Source of the DNA: Octopus vulgaris | Taxonomy: Eukaryota | Length of the DNA: 64,000 nt | NCBI GenBank assembly: GCA_951406725.2 | Contig: OX597816.1 | Coordinates: forward strand, 98,456,001-98,520,000 | Direction: 5' to 3' | Shown: piece after piece, positions 14,862-29,310 of the stretch | Position numbering within the stretch: the stretch's first letter is position 1 | How the letters are laid out: each line of letters starts with the position of its first letter | Translations under genes and position numbers: made by a program | The notes under the pieces: model-generated | Databases searched by the model: none | The model's input: the letters and a program-made list of their open reading frames with translations, nothing else | What the model was told of the DNA's origin: nothing

Positions 14862-14865
<4 letters not shown>
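14527..14865 (+). mobile_element. tRNA-derived SINE, family B, apparently full length and young
   Basis: A box TGGCTCAGTGG and B-box-like GCTCGAATCCC, then GAGCAAGGCACTT...CACTCAGCTGT central domain and a 3' hairpin GGTCAT-TC-ATGACC. CpGs are retained. Inserted between (GT)n and (TA)n. Confidence 0.85.
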
Positions 14866-14902
<37 letters not shown>

Positions 14903-14907
14903 TATAT

Positions 14908-15026
<119 letters not shown>

Positions 15027-15199
15027 GCACATATATATATATATGTACATATACATATATATATATATAAATAATTATATATATATATATATGAATATAT
15101 GTATATAATGCAAGATTATGCGTTGTGTATTAGCTCAGTCCCTTCATCAAATCCATATTGCCTGAACAGCTGCGCGGTATACCACTTGTCATGTGTCAA

Positions 15200-15315
15200 A
15201 GAGAGTAAAGTGGGTTGTTTTGATCAAGAACACAATACACCTCCCGTTTCCGCAATTAAAACCACGATCTTCCGTTCGTTGCTATAACGCCCTAACTACT
15301 AGATCATACGTCCAC
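15200..15315 (-). mobile_element. Degenerate 5' head of a family B-like SINE
   Basis: Reverse complement GGACGTATGATCTAGTAGTTAGGGCG...TTGTGTTCTTGATCAAAACA parallels 14527-14625. Confidence 0.55.
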
Positions 15316-15688
15316 ACGGAGTCTAGTGGCTAGAAAGTGTTTGCATCACCTGGTGTGAAAATCAATTACGAATATCGAAATATAAAATATGTGGTATAAT
15401 TAGCTTGAAAAGCTTACTGATCCCTCCTTTCTATGAATTCCTTTATGAATTTAATACCTACACAATTACAGTCGTTCGTACACGTAAATATTCAAGCTCA
15501 TACACACACATACGTGCACACATAAACACTGTCACACGTACAAACACACACATACACGGATAATTATATATATGTGTATATATATAGTTTATCCAAACAT
15601 GAAAACACAATGAGAAAAAACAACAACGTGAGGACGTGGAACAAATATTGTGTTATTAGATGCTCAGGAAAGGAAAGAAAGAAGGGGA

Positions 15689-15723
15689 ATTTAACGTTTC
15701 GAGCGGAGCTCTTCGTCAGAAAC
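15689..15723 (-). ncRNA. Minimal PLE-type hammerhead ribozyme motif in a short pLTR-like fragment (about 15595-15790)
   Basis: Minus strand reads GTTT CTGACGA A GAGC TCC GCTC GAAAC GTT AAAT. The palindrome AACGTT replaces stem III. Confidence 0.7.
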
Positions 15724-15825
15724 ATGGGAAAAGGAAAGATCCAAGGAAGGGAAGACGAAGGAAATGAAATAACCAACAGTACACAAGCGGTCACACACAC
15801 ACACACACACACATATGTATATACA

Positions 15826-16660
15826 TATATATTGATAACTTTGATAAATTTGATAGGTTTCGGCCAGTATAGGTCCAGGCTATATCTAAGTCAATAGCAT
15901 CACCTGGTGCATTCTTTTAGTCATATATGGGGCACCATGGCCCACTCTAGCAGTTTTATTATTGGAGATATATTGGTATGTAGGAGGTTGGTCCAGCATT
16001 TTTTGAAGTTTTATGGGATCCGTTTCAGTTTTGACGTATTTTGATATGGTATTAAAGAGAGGTGGGATGGGGCAAAAGTAGGGTAGAGAATGATGATAGT
16101 GTGGAAATTTCTAGCCCGGAAAGTATCAGAATCCAAGAGCGCATGTTCCGAGCAAAGCCAACCTTGCTATTTACGTGGGAAATCCAGCGGAAGAGCATGT
16201 GGTAATTTCAGAGTATCCTCTTTTCCAACGAGGATCAAATCAAGTTTATCTTCATTTAGAAGCATATTGTTTTTGTTTTTCTTTTTGCCCATTGGACAAT
16301 AGCAAAAAGATCCGCCTGAAGGCATATTTGGTCTCCCATACCGTTTATGGCTTACTGAAGTGTGGAATCATCTGCAAGGATTTTCAATGTAGAAAGTTTG
16401 ATGATGTCTACTATGTCATTGATGCAGATAATGAAGAGGAGTGGGCACAATACAGTACCTTGTGGGACAGCAATTTTTTCAAACACAACATATTGGGTTA
16501 TGTTCGTCAGGAAACACTTTATCCACTGCAGCAGCTTTCTACGTACTCCGATATTGGATAGTTTCTTCAGCAGGATTTTGTGGTCCGCTCTGTCAAACTC
16601 ATGGCTGAAATCAAGGTATATAACGTCAGTGTTGGAGCGTTCTCCCAACGCTTTTAAGAT
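15826..16660 (-). mobile_element. 5'-truncated CR1/L2-type LINE: reverse-transcriptase relic plus 3' tail
   Basis: ORF 16352-16831 contains DVIYLDFSHEFDRADHKILLKKL, VPQGTVLCPLLF and LADD, matching RT motifs YLDFSKAFD, GVPQGSVLGP and YADD. The minus-strand end has short TATCAAA repeats. Confidence 0.9.
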
Positions 16661-16719
16661 GTCATATATATTTATGTATGTATGTATGTATTTCTGTATG
16701 TATATATATGCGCGTGTGT

Positions 16720-16910
16720 GTCTTGCTAACTGTGTTTGTTCCCTACCACCGCATGAGAACCGTTGGTGGTGTGAGTTTACGTCTCCGTAATTTAGCGATA
16801 CGGTAAAAGAAACGGAGAGAATAAGCACCACACCGAGGAAAATTTAGGAAAATATAAGAATAATTACGGAAGTTTAATGACTGCCTGCAGTCTAATAACT
16901 GAAACAAATA
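16720..16910 (+). mobile_element. Family A SINE, degenerate 3' half
   Basis: TTTACGTCTCCGTAATTTAGCG...AGAATAAGCAC and GCAGTCTAATAACTGAAACAA match family A. Confidence 0.75.
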
Positions 16911-16948
16911 CATATATATATGTGTGTATGTGTGTGTGTGTGTGTATG

Positions 16949-16982
<34 letters not shown>

Positions 16983-17010
16983 CGCACGCACATATACACA
17001 CACATGTATG

Positions 17011-17044
<34 letters not shown>

Positions 17045-17602
17045 TAGATAGATAGATATATACATATATATATATATATACATATTTGTGAACATGTGTG
17101 TAGCTGAATGGTTCTTCAATTTATTTCTCGGAACGTCAACTACGTAGAATGTCACTCAAACAGCAAATATTCCGTCGATATTCTCAAACTACTTGAAACG
17201 AAACTTATTTTAGCATACATATATATTGTATATACATATAAAAAGCATGTAAATGCGTGGTAAAGATGAAAGGGAAATCATAATGAGTAGTGAATTATAT
17301 TATAGAACTTATGCATTTGCACCTTTACTTCTTTTTCAGATTTTTTGATGATAGTTATGAACATATCATCAGATATATTTGTTAAACAGATTTATAAAAA
17401 TAGTTTTAGAGCACATTTTACTTAAGGATTATTATTGGGACATATGGATCGTATTGGTGAAGCGTATCACATTTTGCATCCTATGATGAAGAAGAGAAAT
17501 GAAAGAAAGAATGAAGCTTGGAATGAATTGAGAATTCGTGAGGCGTAGAAGGAAAACATGAGAGAAAATGAAAATAAACAGTACATCAGTAACAGGCAGG
17601 TA

Positions 17603-17740
17603 CAGGGTACTCGGGCAGTCGCACGGGGCGCCATGTGCTAGGGGCGCGAAGGATTGTAACAAGGAAATTTCAACGACTGTCAGCTTTTACACGCTGAAAT
17701 TCAGCTTGCCCGGAGCGTCAGCAACCTATAGCCGGCCCTG
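17603..17740. mobile_element. Possible hAT-type MITE relic
   Basis: GC-rich islet beginning CAGGG and ending GCCGGCCCTG, with GGGGCG subterminal motifs. No clear 8 bp target-site duplication. Confidence 0.4.
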
Positions 17741-17769
17741 GTTTCAGGAATACCTAAAATTAGCAAAGT

Positions 17770-18614
17770 CATGAGGTGCGTTCAAAAAGTATCCCTCTTT
17801 AATTTTCCCACCAAAACTACTACCGTGTGTGTAAAATCCTTTGGTCAGATGATACCATGCAACTCTTCCTACTCGTGTAAGAAGGTTTTGGAATATTTAA
17901 GCCGCGTTCTCGGATGTTACGCCTCAAGTACAGACTTGCAGTACGTGCTCGTCTGATTTTCGTTTTCACGCAAGATGACCGAATGCATCGAGTAGAGAAC
18001 GTAAAACATATCCCCATCACCAGTGATGATGGTCTTCATGAAGTCTGGGTCGCAGCTTGCAGAGTCCAGCATATTCTAAGTGATTTCCAAATGGATTTGC
18101 TTCTACCAACAATGTCCGCATGCACAAATCCTCCGTTTACATGGAATGCACTAATATTGTGCATGTTTCCACTTCTTGAGCAATTTCCTGGATTATTACA
18201 AGACGATCTTTCATGATTATTCTCCGAACATTCTCACTCTGCTCCTCGTTTTGGCTTGTAGATGGCATGCCTGAGTAAGCATCGTCCTCTACTGTGGAGC
18301 ATCCATGTTTGTAGCTGTTGTACCACTATTCGGTCTGAGTTTTGTCCCAGGCATCATCGTCAAAGACCTGGTGCATGCTTTGAGATTGAACATCATCAAG
18401 CTTTTGACAAAACGTGATGCAGTGTTTCTGCTAAATCCATTTGGTAAAAACGAAAATCCTATGAGCGCGCACTACACGTCTGTACACGAAAACTTCCGAA
18501 CATGTGCTGGAAGTGGGATGGTACCACTAACCTGAAGGTTGTTTTACCTACGTGACTTTAGCCTTGGTGAAAAAAAAAACAATGAAGTCAGATACCTTTT
18601 AAACTCACCTCGTA
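17770..18614 (-). mobile_element. Internally deleted mariner (Tc1/mariner) transposon with TIRs and a transposase pseudogene
   Basis: TIRs are TGAGGTGCGTTCAAAAAGTATC and GATACCTTTTAAACTCACCTCG-TA. The minus strand translates to QKHCITFCQKL...WYNSYKHGCSTVEDDAYSGMPSTS...IQEIAQEV and DPDFMKTIITGD, with stop codons. Confidence 0.9.
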
Positions 18615-21600
18615 TATGGCCAACAAAGGTTTTTGAGAGCTGTTGTTATCTTCATTGTTATCATTCAATAGGTTATATATGTTTACATTTCGCGTAGATT
18701 CAGCATTTTTACTGTTATTTCTCCATTTGTTGTAATAGAACTTATGACATGGATTCTAAACACTTCAATATTCGTAGTTTTTTTTCAGACAAAGTGACAC
18801 ATTGAAACACATTCATATGTATAGAGAAAACGTAAAATTTATACGTCTTTGCTGATTATAATTGCTATTCAAGTGATTTCAAAAGATGTTATTTTTGCTT
18901 TGGAAAATTGTCAATGGCTGACAACAATCTCGTTATAAATTAAAGCTATTGTTTATCGCAGGTATAAGCAAAATTTGCTACTTTATTGGAATTCCATAAA
19001 TTGCTGTACCTAAATTTATGTGTACCCTCTCAGTAGTTATCTATTCTGCTTAACAAGATTAATTAGTATACGAATTTAATTTGGAGTGGTGTATGTAATG
19101 AATTCATGACTGATGATGTCATTGTCAATAACTATGTTACAATTTCTTTGACTCTTAAAGAGAGCTCAATAGTATTTATGCTTCACTTTCTAAGAGAATT
19201 TTTGCCATTAATAAACAAAAAATAACCGAGAAGTTCTAATTGATCACCAACTTTAATTATGTCCACAAATCTACGTGTGGCAAGATCGATCTTGATTGGA
19301 GATTGTGTTCCATCGTGTTTAGATAAAATGAATTTGATACAATCCTATGTAGTCGGACGTCTTCAAGAAATTTCCAAAATGACGAAACGTGTAAATCGAT
19401 GAAAGTAAATGAGATTGTTTTCATTTTAATTTCATTTCATATGAATGCAAGCTGATGCAAGAAATCGTTCTATAGTGTCTCTTCTTCGCTTGGAAAAAGA
19501 AGCTTAAAAGGATAAGAAACAAGAATTATAATTTTATTAAAACACGAGAAAGCGCTGACAAACATTCATTATTTTGTAGATGTGATTGTGAAGCTGTAGT
19601 GGTTGATTCGGATAGCTTCTTTAAATTTAAAGTAATGTATGCTCTTTTGATAAGGGACAATATATCACCAGCTGTCAAGATATTGTTTGAATGTTTAATA
19701 AGAACATATATTATCAAGCCTCCGAAAGACTGAAAATCTCAAATATGGTCAAGAACAATGCTTTGCATCATTTTCCTAGTCTAATATTCTGCCGCTTCAG
19801 ATAATGAAAACAATTTTGGAATTTTAAGTTTACCTTTTAGTGTTTCTGTGGAAGGTACCACGTTACACAATTTTCATGGATATCTTTTGTGTTTTTAAAT
19901 GGAATTCAGTACACTACAATTTCAGCACCCGTCTCACATTTCTTAAACATTAGAACATTTATTGCTAAGTAGAATTGTTAGTTTCGTAGTAATTGATTAA
20001 ACCCATCAGAATATGTTTCAAATTTGGAGAGCTTGTCTTTTATCGACACTAGTTCTATTTCAGCTTCAACTATATTTTACTCACTGGAGCTTTCACTGTG
20101 TGATTTGTAAATAAGCATTTTTTGTATCGTTGTCTTCTTTCCACCAGTGATAGAATGATAAATTCTTTGTGCGTGTGTGTGTTTTGTGTGTGTGTGTGTG
20201 TGTGTTTGTGCGTGTATCTCTGTGTGTGTAATTTTGTTTGTTTCATACGCTTATTTCTTGTGTTATTAAGATATTACATAAGCAGAGAATTAATAGAGAG
20301 TGTGGCACAGTTTTAATCTATGACTTGTTTAGCAATTCATAAAAATATTTTCTTTTTACAGAAAACCTTTTGATATTTCCTTAAAATCACTAATTTTAAA
20401 ACTTAGGTTTTGGCGTCTAGTTAACCATATTTGTAAGTTGGTCATGTAACTTCTTCAGTTCTTCTTCAAGAAATGTAGAAGATGAAAACTAATCCTACAA
20501 TAGTGATACATTTTCTCTAAGCTGGTTTAATGATAGAAATAGTATCAGTAAGTCAAAGAGTTAAATACTTGTGTACAAGAGATCTATCACAATTAGAGCG
20601 AAGAATTTTATTGCCAAAAGATGAAGATCAAATTTGAAAAATGTCGATTCATTAGTCATTAAATAATTTCACTAAAAGAAACCAATTTATGAATTTAATT
20701 TCTTTAAGTATTAACTCAACCAAAATCATTCTTTTCGCTGCACGCATTTTACACGCGAACTCGATATTTTTCTCGTATGTCACACTTGTCTATCCAACAG
20801 ATGTGATTGTTTGTGACAGTTGCACGGGTCTGGAGTTACCTATGTACACTTCTGGACTCCTTCAGAAGATCTATTGTTGGTGCAATCTGCTCTTCTATAT
20901 TAGTTCGCAAAATATTCCCGAGCGCTGTTCGGATCAATATTATCCCACCTAGTCTTCTGAAAAATATATAATTTGTTTCGGGACTAAATTTACCATCATA
21001 TTTTAACCCATATAACAGATTGGAAATATGCTATGAAACCCTTCTGTGTAATACATAGATACCAAAACGACATGAATATGATTTTGTAATTAATTTAAAT
21101 ACAGGAGATTTACATATATAAGATTCATTTATCAAAAGTAAAAAGAAAAAAAAATTGCTAGAGATATCAACTTTTATGTCAAGGAATTCAGTCTGTCATG
21201 ACACGGAAACCCATGCTGTAACCACATGGTTACACGAATACACACATGTTAAAATATATTTATACACACAACGCGTATCCGAACACATACACATAAACAT
21301 TCACAAACACAGAGAAACTAAGTATTCCACCAGAGCTTAATGCTTTATTATAGCTTTCGTTTACAACCTTGCCATTATGCTAAGTAAATTCCACTTTTCA
21401 ACCGATTTGCTTTTTAATTTTCTAGCAATCCGCTTCTGCAGAGTAAACTGTGAGACCGATAGATGACCACATAATTTCTTGTACTCAATTGCATATTAAT
21501 TCAATCACTCCCGCATGGGTAGCATGACAAATGTAAATAAGTGTTAATGAAGGTTTATACTGAACTGTCTAATCATGAAAACGAGTACGGGTGAGAAACA

Positions 21601-21921
21601 TGTATATGTATATATATTGTAAAGCGACACATGGTAACATGCTAGTGTGTAGTTGAGCGTAAATGAATTAATTTTGTAAAGAAATATTGTATTGAAAGTT
21701 TTCAATATGTCATATCAGGCAATTTTCAACACATGACGGTAAAAATACCTATTTCCAGAGGGTTGTTTTGTAAGATTAACAGGCAGTTGGAAGACAAAAG
21801 TTATTTGTGACAAACAGATACAAAGAATGCCTGCGGGAACATAACAGTTCGGGATTTTCATATAGAGATTAGAAGTTATAATAAAGTGAAACGAGAATGA
21901 GTGTATATATATGTATGTATG

Positions 21922-21967
<46 letters not shown>

Positions 21968-22572
21968 CGTGTGTGTGTGTGTGTATGCATGTATATATGT
22001 ATATATATATGTATAAGTATGTATATACATATCTATCTATATATATATCTATATATATCTATATATATACGTATGTGTGTATGTGTTTGTGCGTGTGTGT
22101 TCATATATACACATATACAGAAGCGTATTGCAGTTCGCTTGAAAACTAGTGGAAGATATTCAATGTTACAGAAGGTGAGAGCAATAGATGTTTAATGTTG
22201 AATATATAGAAAGTAGTAAATAAAAATTATTGATATTTCCCTCTGTTCCAAGTACCTGATAAATAATTTGTCAAGTGTTTGGTCCTGTTAAAATTTGGAG
22301 ATGAAATTTTATTATCTTCGACCTAAATGTTATAATGAAATGACTAGCATTTCGAAGAGTGGCTCATTTGGTGGGGTGGGGCTCATCATAGTCAGTACAT
22401 CCATTTCCATTCCATCGTTTTAAACTGCTTCTTAATAATTATTGACATATAAGTTTTTTAAAATTTTAACAAAATCTTCCTTCACATGAAGATTATACAT
22501 ATTTGTGCCTATAGACGTAGTTGTGAAATTGTGATGTCGGTGTACTTGTAAATCCTTGAATACTTCGACATG

Positions 22573-22616
<44 letters not shown>

Positions 22617-25600
22617 CACATATGTGCGTGTGTGTGTATGTGTAGATATATATATATATATGCGTGTGTCTATATGTGTATATACATATATATGTAATTA
22701 TATATATATACATACATACACACACACACAGAGTCACGGAAACAAATACACAGACACCCCCGAACACACACAACACATTTGTGAGAGAGCGTATTTAAAT
22801 ACAAAGAAATAATTGTATGTATTTACATATGAATGTGTGTATATATGTATATTTATATGTATATATGTACACAAACGCTTGGATATATGCACTTACATGT
22901 ACTTACACGTATATTGTGTATAAATAATTGTTTGCAAATTTAAACTAGTCCTTAACTTCACTAAAAGATTTGGAACGACGTAAATGGCTGTGCATGCAAA
23001 GACTAAAACTAATAATGTTTCTATTAAATTTCTATAATAAATATAAACGGAAATATGTTTTTTGTTATTTATACTGCGAATATAATTGAAAATTATATAG
23101 GACATATCAAATACCTAGTCAATAGCACTATCATATTTATATCTAAATGCAAATTTCATAACGTCATGTGGTCAGAAATCGGATATGATTATTTTAGTAT
23201 TTAAATAATATTAGAATTTTATTAGTTAAAACTTCAGAAACATTTTTTTAAATCTGCAAGTGTCGTATGCGATCAATTTTGAAACTTACTTCGCACTAAT
23301 ATATCAGCAATTTCATCCATTCCCTCCCTAAAGCCAAATACCAAATTTTCTTTTTTTTAATATACTTTTTCCAGATATTTATTTTGTACTGTATACTTGT
23401 AACCCTCACAGCGGATGGGATCAGTATGTTCAAAAATTTTATCTATCTAGAAAATAGGTAAACTAGTCAACTTCATCCTGCAATTCAGGAAATATTTCCA
23501 ATAGTGACGAAGGTGTTATATGTACAATTAAGAAGTTATATTTTCGCGATGCTGTTATGGTTAATGTGCATTAATATATATAATGTAATGGTTAAAACCT
23601 TAAATAGAAAGCAAACCCGCGATGAATTTTATAAAGCTCAAATTGCTTAGACAGCAAGCTATCCAAAAACTTGTGTCATGATGTGAAGAAGGAAAACAAT
23701 AATATAATCCATCGAATTGTCTGCAAGTAAATCATGTTCGATGCACTTCATCATACAGTTTCAAGTATGTTATTCGATAACAAGGAGGTTAATCTAGATT
23801 TTACTATTTTTACCTTACAATATATGCGTTAGCAACTGACTTCAGCGAATGACAAAGTTATAAGTTATTTATAAGATCATTAGCAATTCAAGTATGTAGA
23901 CTCATGCAATCAAACTTTATAAGAACACGGGAAGAGTAAAGACGCCACTTCGAATATGATTTTCCAAAAATGCAGCAGGAACTAAAATTTATTTCAAGAT
24001 ATGTTTCAAGTGTATGCCGTTTTAATCCTAAGGGTATTTTTGTTATAAATACTTCTTTCTATACATTCAAAAGTACCAAAAAACTGTTCTGTTTTACCAT
24101 AAGCCAGATGATTGCAGATAATCGTCAGAACTTACGGTGGCTATATCTTAGTTATGCATTTTAGTAAACAACGTGGCTCAAAGCATCTATTTTAACATTT
24201 TACTGTTGTTATAAAATTGTTCACTTGAACTTGTGGTGATTTGACCGATCAGCGAAAATAATTTTTATTATGTAGCGATCTCCCAAACATTCGTTGCTAA
24301 GATTATCAGACGTTCATTGCTATAATGATTGTCATCAATTTGTTATTATCTGATGTTCACATTTCCTGATTCATGCTGTTTTGCAAATTCGTTTAATTCT
24401 TCCTAATCGAACATTTCACTCCTTGCTTCAATGAAATTTTTTGTTATTACAATGATATCTGAAAATCCAGATATTATAAATCTGTTTCTGTATTTTCAAT
24501 GTTTTTTCCGAGGAATAAATTGATTTAAGTTTGTAAGATTGATCAAATGCTAAAGCTTGTGAAATGAGTGTCAAACTTACATCTTTTTTTGTTTATCAAG
24601 AAATGAATTTACTTGAACTAGAAAACCCGAATCAAGATAGTAAACGAAAAGCAGAACAATTCATGTGAGGTGATAGTGATTCACAGCCACTAGTAACATA
24701 TTCAGGAGTCACATATTTGGTAAAACTGTGGGAATCTGCACTTTCAGCAAACATTTCATATATTTACAAGCGTATGTAACTCAACTAAGAGCAAAGAAAG
24801 CTTTTATTTCATACAAGAAAATATAAAGCAAAATAATACATTCCTGGTAAATCATTTTTGATTTCATTTGCTCTGTATTTGTAGAGTACATTTCTCATTG
24901 TAAAATTCAATAAATTTACGTGACTTTATAATCAGTTGAAAGGCTGACAATATATGTTCCCCAGGGGTTGTGGATAGCTTCTTTCGTAAACTAATTTTTT
25001 GTTTTTACTTTTCCTGCTCTCAGTTCTTAAAATTCACAAAAGTTTTGATTCTGTGCCTTACCAATGAGTTAAAAAGTTCGGTGAACCATATTGTTTATAA
25101 AAAATTACCTTGATATATGTTTTCTACTTCCAGATTAATATTTGAATCTGTGCAATGTCTCTCTTTGGCAATGCTAGTACTTTTAGACATTTCTCAGAGA
25201 TTATATTCGTTTAAGAATTTCGATGCTGTCTATAATGATTTTCGTTTCAAATTTTTTCAACATTTCCCTGCTAAAATTCTATTTAGCTTTCTTGATTACA
25301 CTCAGAAATACCGGAAATGCTATATGATATTTGTCACCTTTCTTTCCAGAGGAAATTTTGATAAATAGGGTAATATTGTGGATGACGGGTTGAATCTATT
25401 TTGGAGTTGTCAAACAACAAACAAAGCATAAGATAAATATGTTAAGAGCCGAGCCTCTTTGATTTCAACTTACGCTGTTAATCAATTTAGAGAAATATAT
25501 TTTAGATTGCAATCTAATTCCAATAATTTTACCTCATCGAATAGTTGTATTCGCTGTAGAACGTGCGTGCTGCTTTGACTACACATATTTTATGCATTTT

Positions 25601-28404
25601 CGAGCGATGGCATGATTTGGAATAGTTCTTGATATTTTGTAATTTATTGATGAGTTTCACTTATCCTTTTTAAGCCCGAAAATTATTTTCTCTAGCTTTT
25701 TCTCTTTGCAGTATCCTCCCCTTTTTGTTGACCTATTTCTATGCCATCCTGAATTACATGTGAACAATATTGTTTTTTCCAATGAATATTTATGGATATT
25801 TAGAAAAGCTAAGAATCTATGTATCGACTTAGATGCTCCGTAAAGTTACATATTTTTCGAGTGAACTTATAACCTACCCGTAATTCTCTTATTCTTGTTC
25901 ATACAACTTGTAGAAAAGAAAACGAGAATAAATTTTGTAATAAAAAATAAGTATAAAATATGAATATGAGCTATAATGAGAGTATTGATTTAATTATAGA
26001 TATATCATAGCATCAGATTCATATAGCAAGGATATTCATGGAGAATTTATAACAAGCGTGCCGGCAGTGGCACGTGATGGACTCGGAGCATATTCACATT
26101 GCTATGTTTTATAAATGTTCAATATAGCTTGTCTAAGCAGTTACCAAAATGTAATTATAAATGTGTGTGTGTGTGTGTGTCTGTGTGTCTGTATGTGTCT
26201 GAGTGTGTATGCGAATGAGATTTGATTGTTTAAGAAATTAAACTGTCGACTCTCTCCCCAAAGAATACACTACCAGTGACCTGAAATATATGTGTGAATA
26301 CTTTAATTTATTGTTAATTCTTAAATAGCTAAAACCATAAATGAAAAAGCGTAAAGTCAGTTTATAGAAAAATTAAATTATGTTATTGATTATTTTTAAA
26401 TATTGGTTTCCTCATTCACCTATGTATTTAAATCAATTGAATGAGTAGCCAAAAGTCATATATATATATATATTGTGTTTAAATTCAGTTTGTAATATAC
26501 GTTTGCAGAATATTATAAAAGCACGATATATAAATTCAAAAACACACATGCTTGATATACCCACTGAATTGGGTAGGGCATGCAAGCTCTCCTTCGGCCG
26601 ATTGCTTCCGGGATGTTTCACAACAATAGGTCATCTATAAATACACTTTATTCACAATACGACTTACATAAATCATGTGATGTAAATATGCAGTACTATA
26701 ACAACCATTTACTATGAATATATCTCGCTGTCTGGTACTTGAGCGTAACGTAACTTATAGGCTAATATGACAGCAATAAATCATTATATGAGTAGTTCCA
26801 TTATAGCTTTAAACAGTTATAATAACAACTAGACAGTTTTTACATTATTCATACTATTCTCGTATTTCTCAATGCTTAGTATAGTTACAGGTTTGCCTTT
26901 CATTTTAGTATAGTAATCAAAGACGATTTTCTACCATTTCTTAAACTAATCTTGCTTATCAATAAAATTAAAATACATAAGACTTGAAATGTGTTTTCTC
27001 GTGCAAATCAAATGCTGCAACTCGATTTAAAACACTTTACGTAACTGAAACATGTGAAAATTTCGTTATGATGCACCAACAAAATATATTTCTTCAACAA
27101 ATATTGTCAGTCCTTAAAAATAATAAAATAAAATTTTATAACGACATATGTAATAAATAAAAGGGTTCTAAGCAGAAAGTTCTAACAATAAATGCTCTAT
27201 TATGTAAAACATGATTTAAAGGGATCAATGAGAACCACTTACATTATCCAGGCGAGACAGCCATCTCTCTATCTCTCTCTTCGTCTCATAATTATGTATA
27301 TCTCGCGTTCGGATTGACTATTTTAAGAATAATAATAGAATAGTTCGTACTGCACTTGCCTAGCAAATGTCTTGGACTAAGAACGTGTGATGAAAATCAC
27401 ACAGCTGCATTGTGAACAAGAAAATCGAAACCTTTAATAACACCCAACGCTGTTGAATTAATTTTAAATTAATTTCATATAGTGCTGATTATCATCTTAG
27501 AACAAGTCACTGACAGTTATACTGTGACAGTGAAAACATAAGTGGTCGGATCATTCATGAAATAATCTGCAATGAGAGACGCATTTTGTATCATGCAATG
27601 ACTTTCATGACACTCTTAATAAAATTTAATCCCATCACAGATATACACAAACACACACACACACACACACACACACATACGAGCGTGTGTGTCTTTGTGT
27701 GTCTGTTTGTCTGTGTTTCTGTGTCTGTGTGTATGTGCCTCTGCGTGTATGTTTGGGGGAGTGTGTGCGGATATATTCAAATGCACCTAAATTGATACGA
27801 TTGAATAGAAATACAAATGTGTCAACATTTAGCTTCGTATGATTGTATGAGTCGTGCAGGAATTATGAATACGTAACTGTGTATTATTTTAAATATCACC
27901 TTAGATGTTTCCTACGTTATACTGCAGGGATAAACATGCAACCTACTAAAATTTGTCCGTGTTAATGCAAATGGAAATATGTCCTTTCTGAAAAAGCTCA
28001 GAAGGAATACAGAGCCAGAAACAATGAAAACAATATGATGGAATAAGCTGAGAGTATGCTTCCATCAAATTTGTTAAGAGGTGTGAATATATCGCATGTA
28101 GATACATGTATATGTCTATATCAATGAACATCCTCTACTCTGTTATGCAGCGTAAGCCTGTCTGAAAAGCTAGACCAGATTAAGTGTGCGTGAATATGTG
28201 TAATTGCATATATGTACATGATGATGAGTATGTGCATAAAACACACACACACACATACACACACACAGACACACATATATACTTATATAATTGAATAAGG
28301 TGGAGTCAACAAGAAGGAGTACAGAAGAACATTTTCTTGTAGTCGTTAGAATTGTTTCTACGGAACATACTTAACATATATACGCTTATGTATCCTTAGC
28401 AACT

Positions 28405-28726
28405 AGACTCCTCCTCTTTTATCCTATCTTTCCATCCTACTATCAAATTCTCTTGCACCATTTCCAATACTTCTGTCGCCTTTCTCCACATTTCAGTCAA
28501 CATATACCACTCCATTCCCTACAAACACATCAACTCATACTCATACCTCAAACTTTCCTCCTACCACCCTACACGCACCAACCTCTCCATCCCCTACTTC
28601 CAATTCCTCCGTCTCCGCAGGCTCTGCAGTGACAACCATGACTTTGAGACTCAGTCTCAAATCATGTCTCGCCAACTCACCTATCGTGAATATCCCCTTA
28701 CCACTATCCACACCGCTCTTGCCAGA
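28405..28726 (+). pseudogene. Penelope-type reverse transcriptase C-terminal fragment
   Basis: Translates to SFHPTIKFSCTISNTSVAFLHISV...SYSYLKLSSYHPTRTNLSIPYFQFLRLRRLCSDNHDFETQ, matching PLE motifs HPxIKFT, FLD and SIPYSQFLRLRRICS. Confidence 0.9.
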
Positions 28727-28818
28727 GGATTTTTGTGGACCGCCCCCACCCCGCCCCACCGTCAATCAGGCACATTTGCATAAATGCGTAGATGAGATCA
28801 TGCATGTGTATATATGCG

Positions 28819-28874
<56 letters not shown>

Positions 28875-29210
28875 AACGATATTTATGTACATGTAAGTTT
28901 ATCAACTGAATGGCCGCTGAATCCTTGAAGGTCAGCGAATGGTAATCGTAAGTGTAACCGAGTATGAAAGATGAATTAGCAGTACGAAGAAACAGATTAC
29001 TACCCCCTTTAATATGAACCTTAATGTTTACCTTCCATAACATAGCCACCCTCTCACTCAGTTGCTATATTTAAAGCAGATTCTTCAACAGACTTACAAA
29101 CAAAACACACACTTTAATACACTGTGTGGCTAGTACGACATCGTATAGCGATGACAAACAGAAATGATGAAGTCGAAGCCGAAACGGAACGCAGAAACAA
29201 TATCTTTATA

Positions 29211-29310
29211 CCACCTGATGAAACACAAGATCTCATAATGCAGGGAATCGGTTACTTATCCTAATACCAGCAAACATGAGGGATTACGATGCTTGGAAAC
29301 AATTGTAGTG
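29211..29310 (+). ncRNA. Type I hammerhead ribozyme motif with long, eroded stem II
   Basis: CAC CTGATGA ...about 74 nt... GAAAC AATT GTA GTG. Stem III is the palindrome CAATTG, the triplet is GUA and stem I is CAC/GTG. Confidence 0.6.

Noticed and set aside
23600-25900. Possible very old hAT-type transposase remnants
   Set aside because: Only faint, short peptide resemblances by eye; it needs a translated HMM search.
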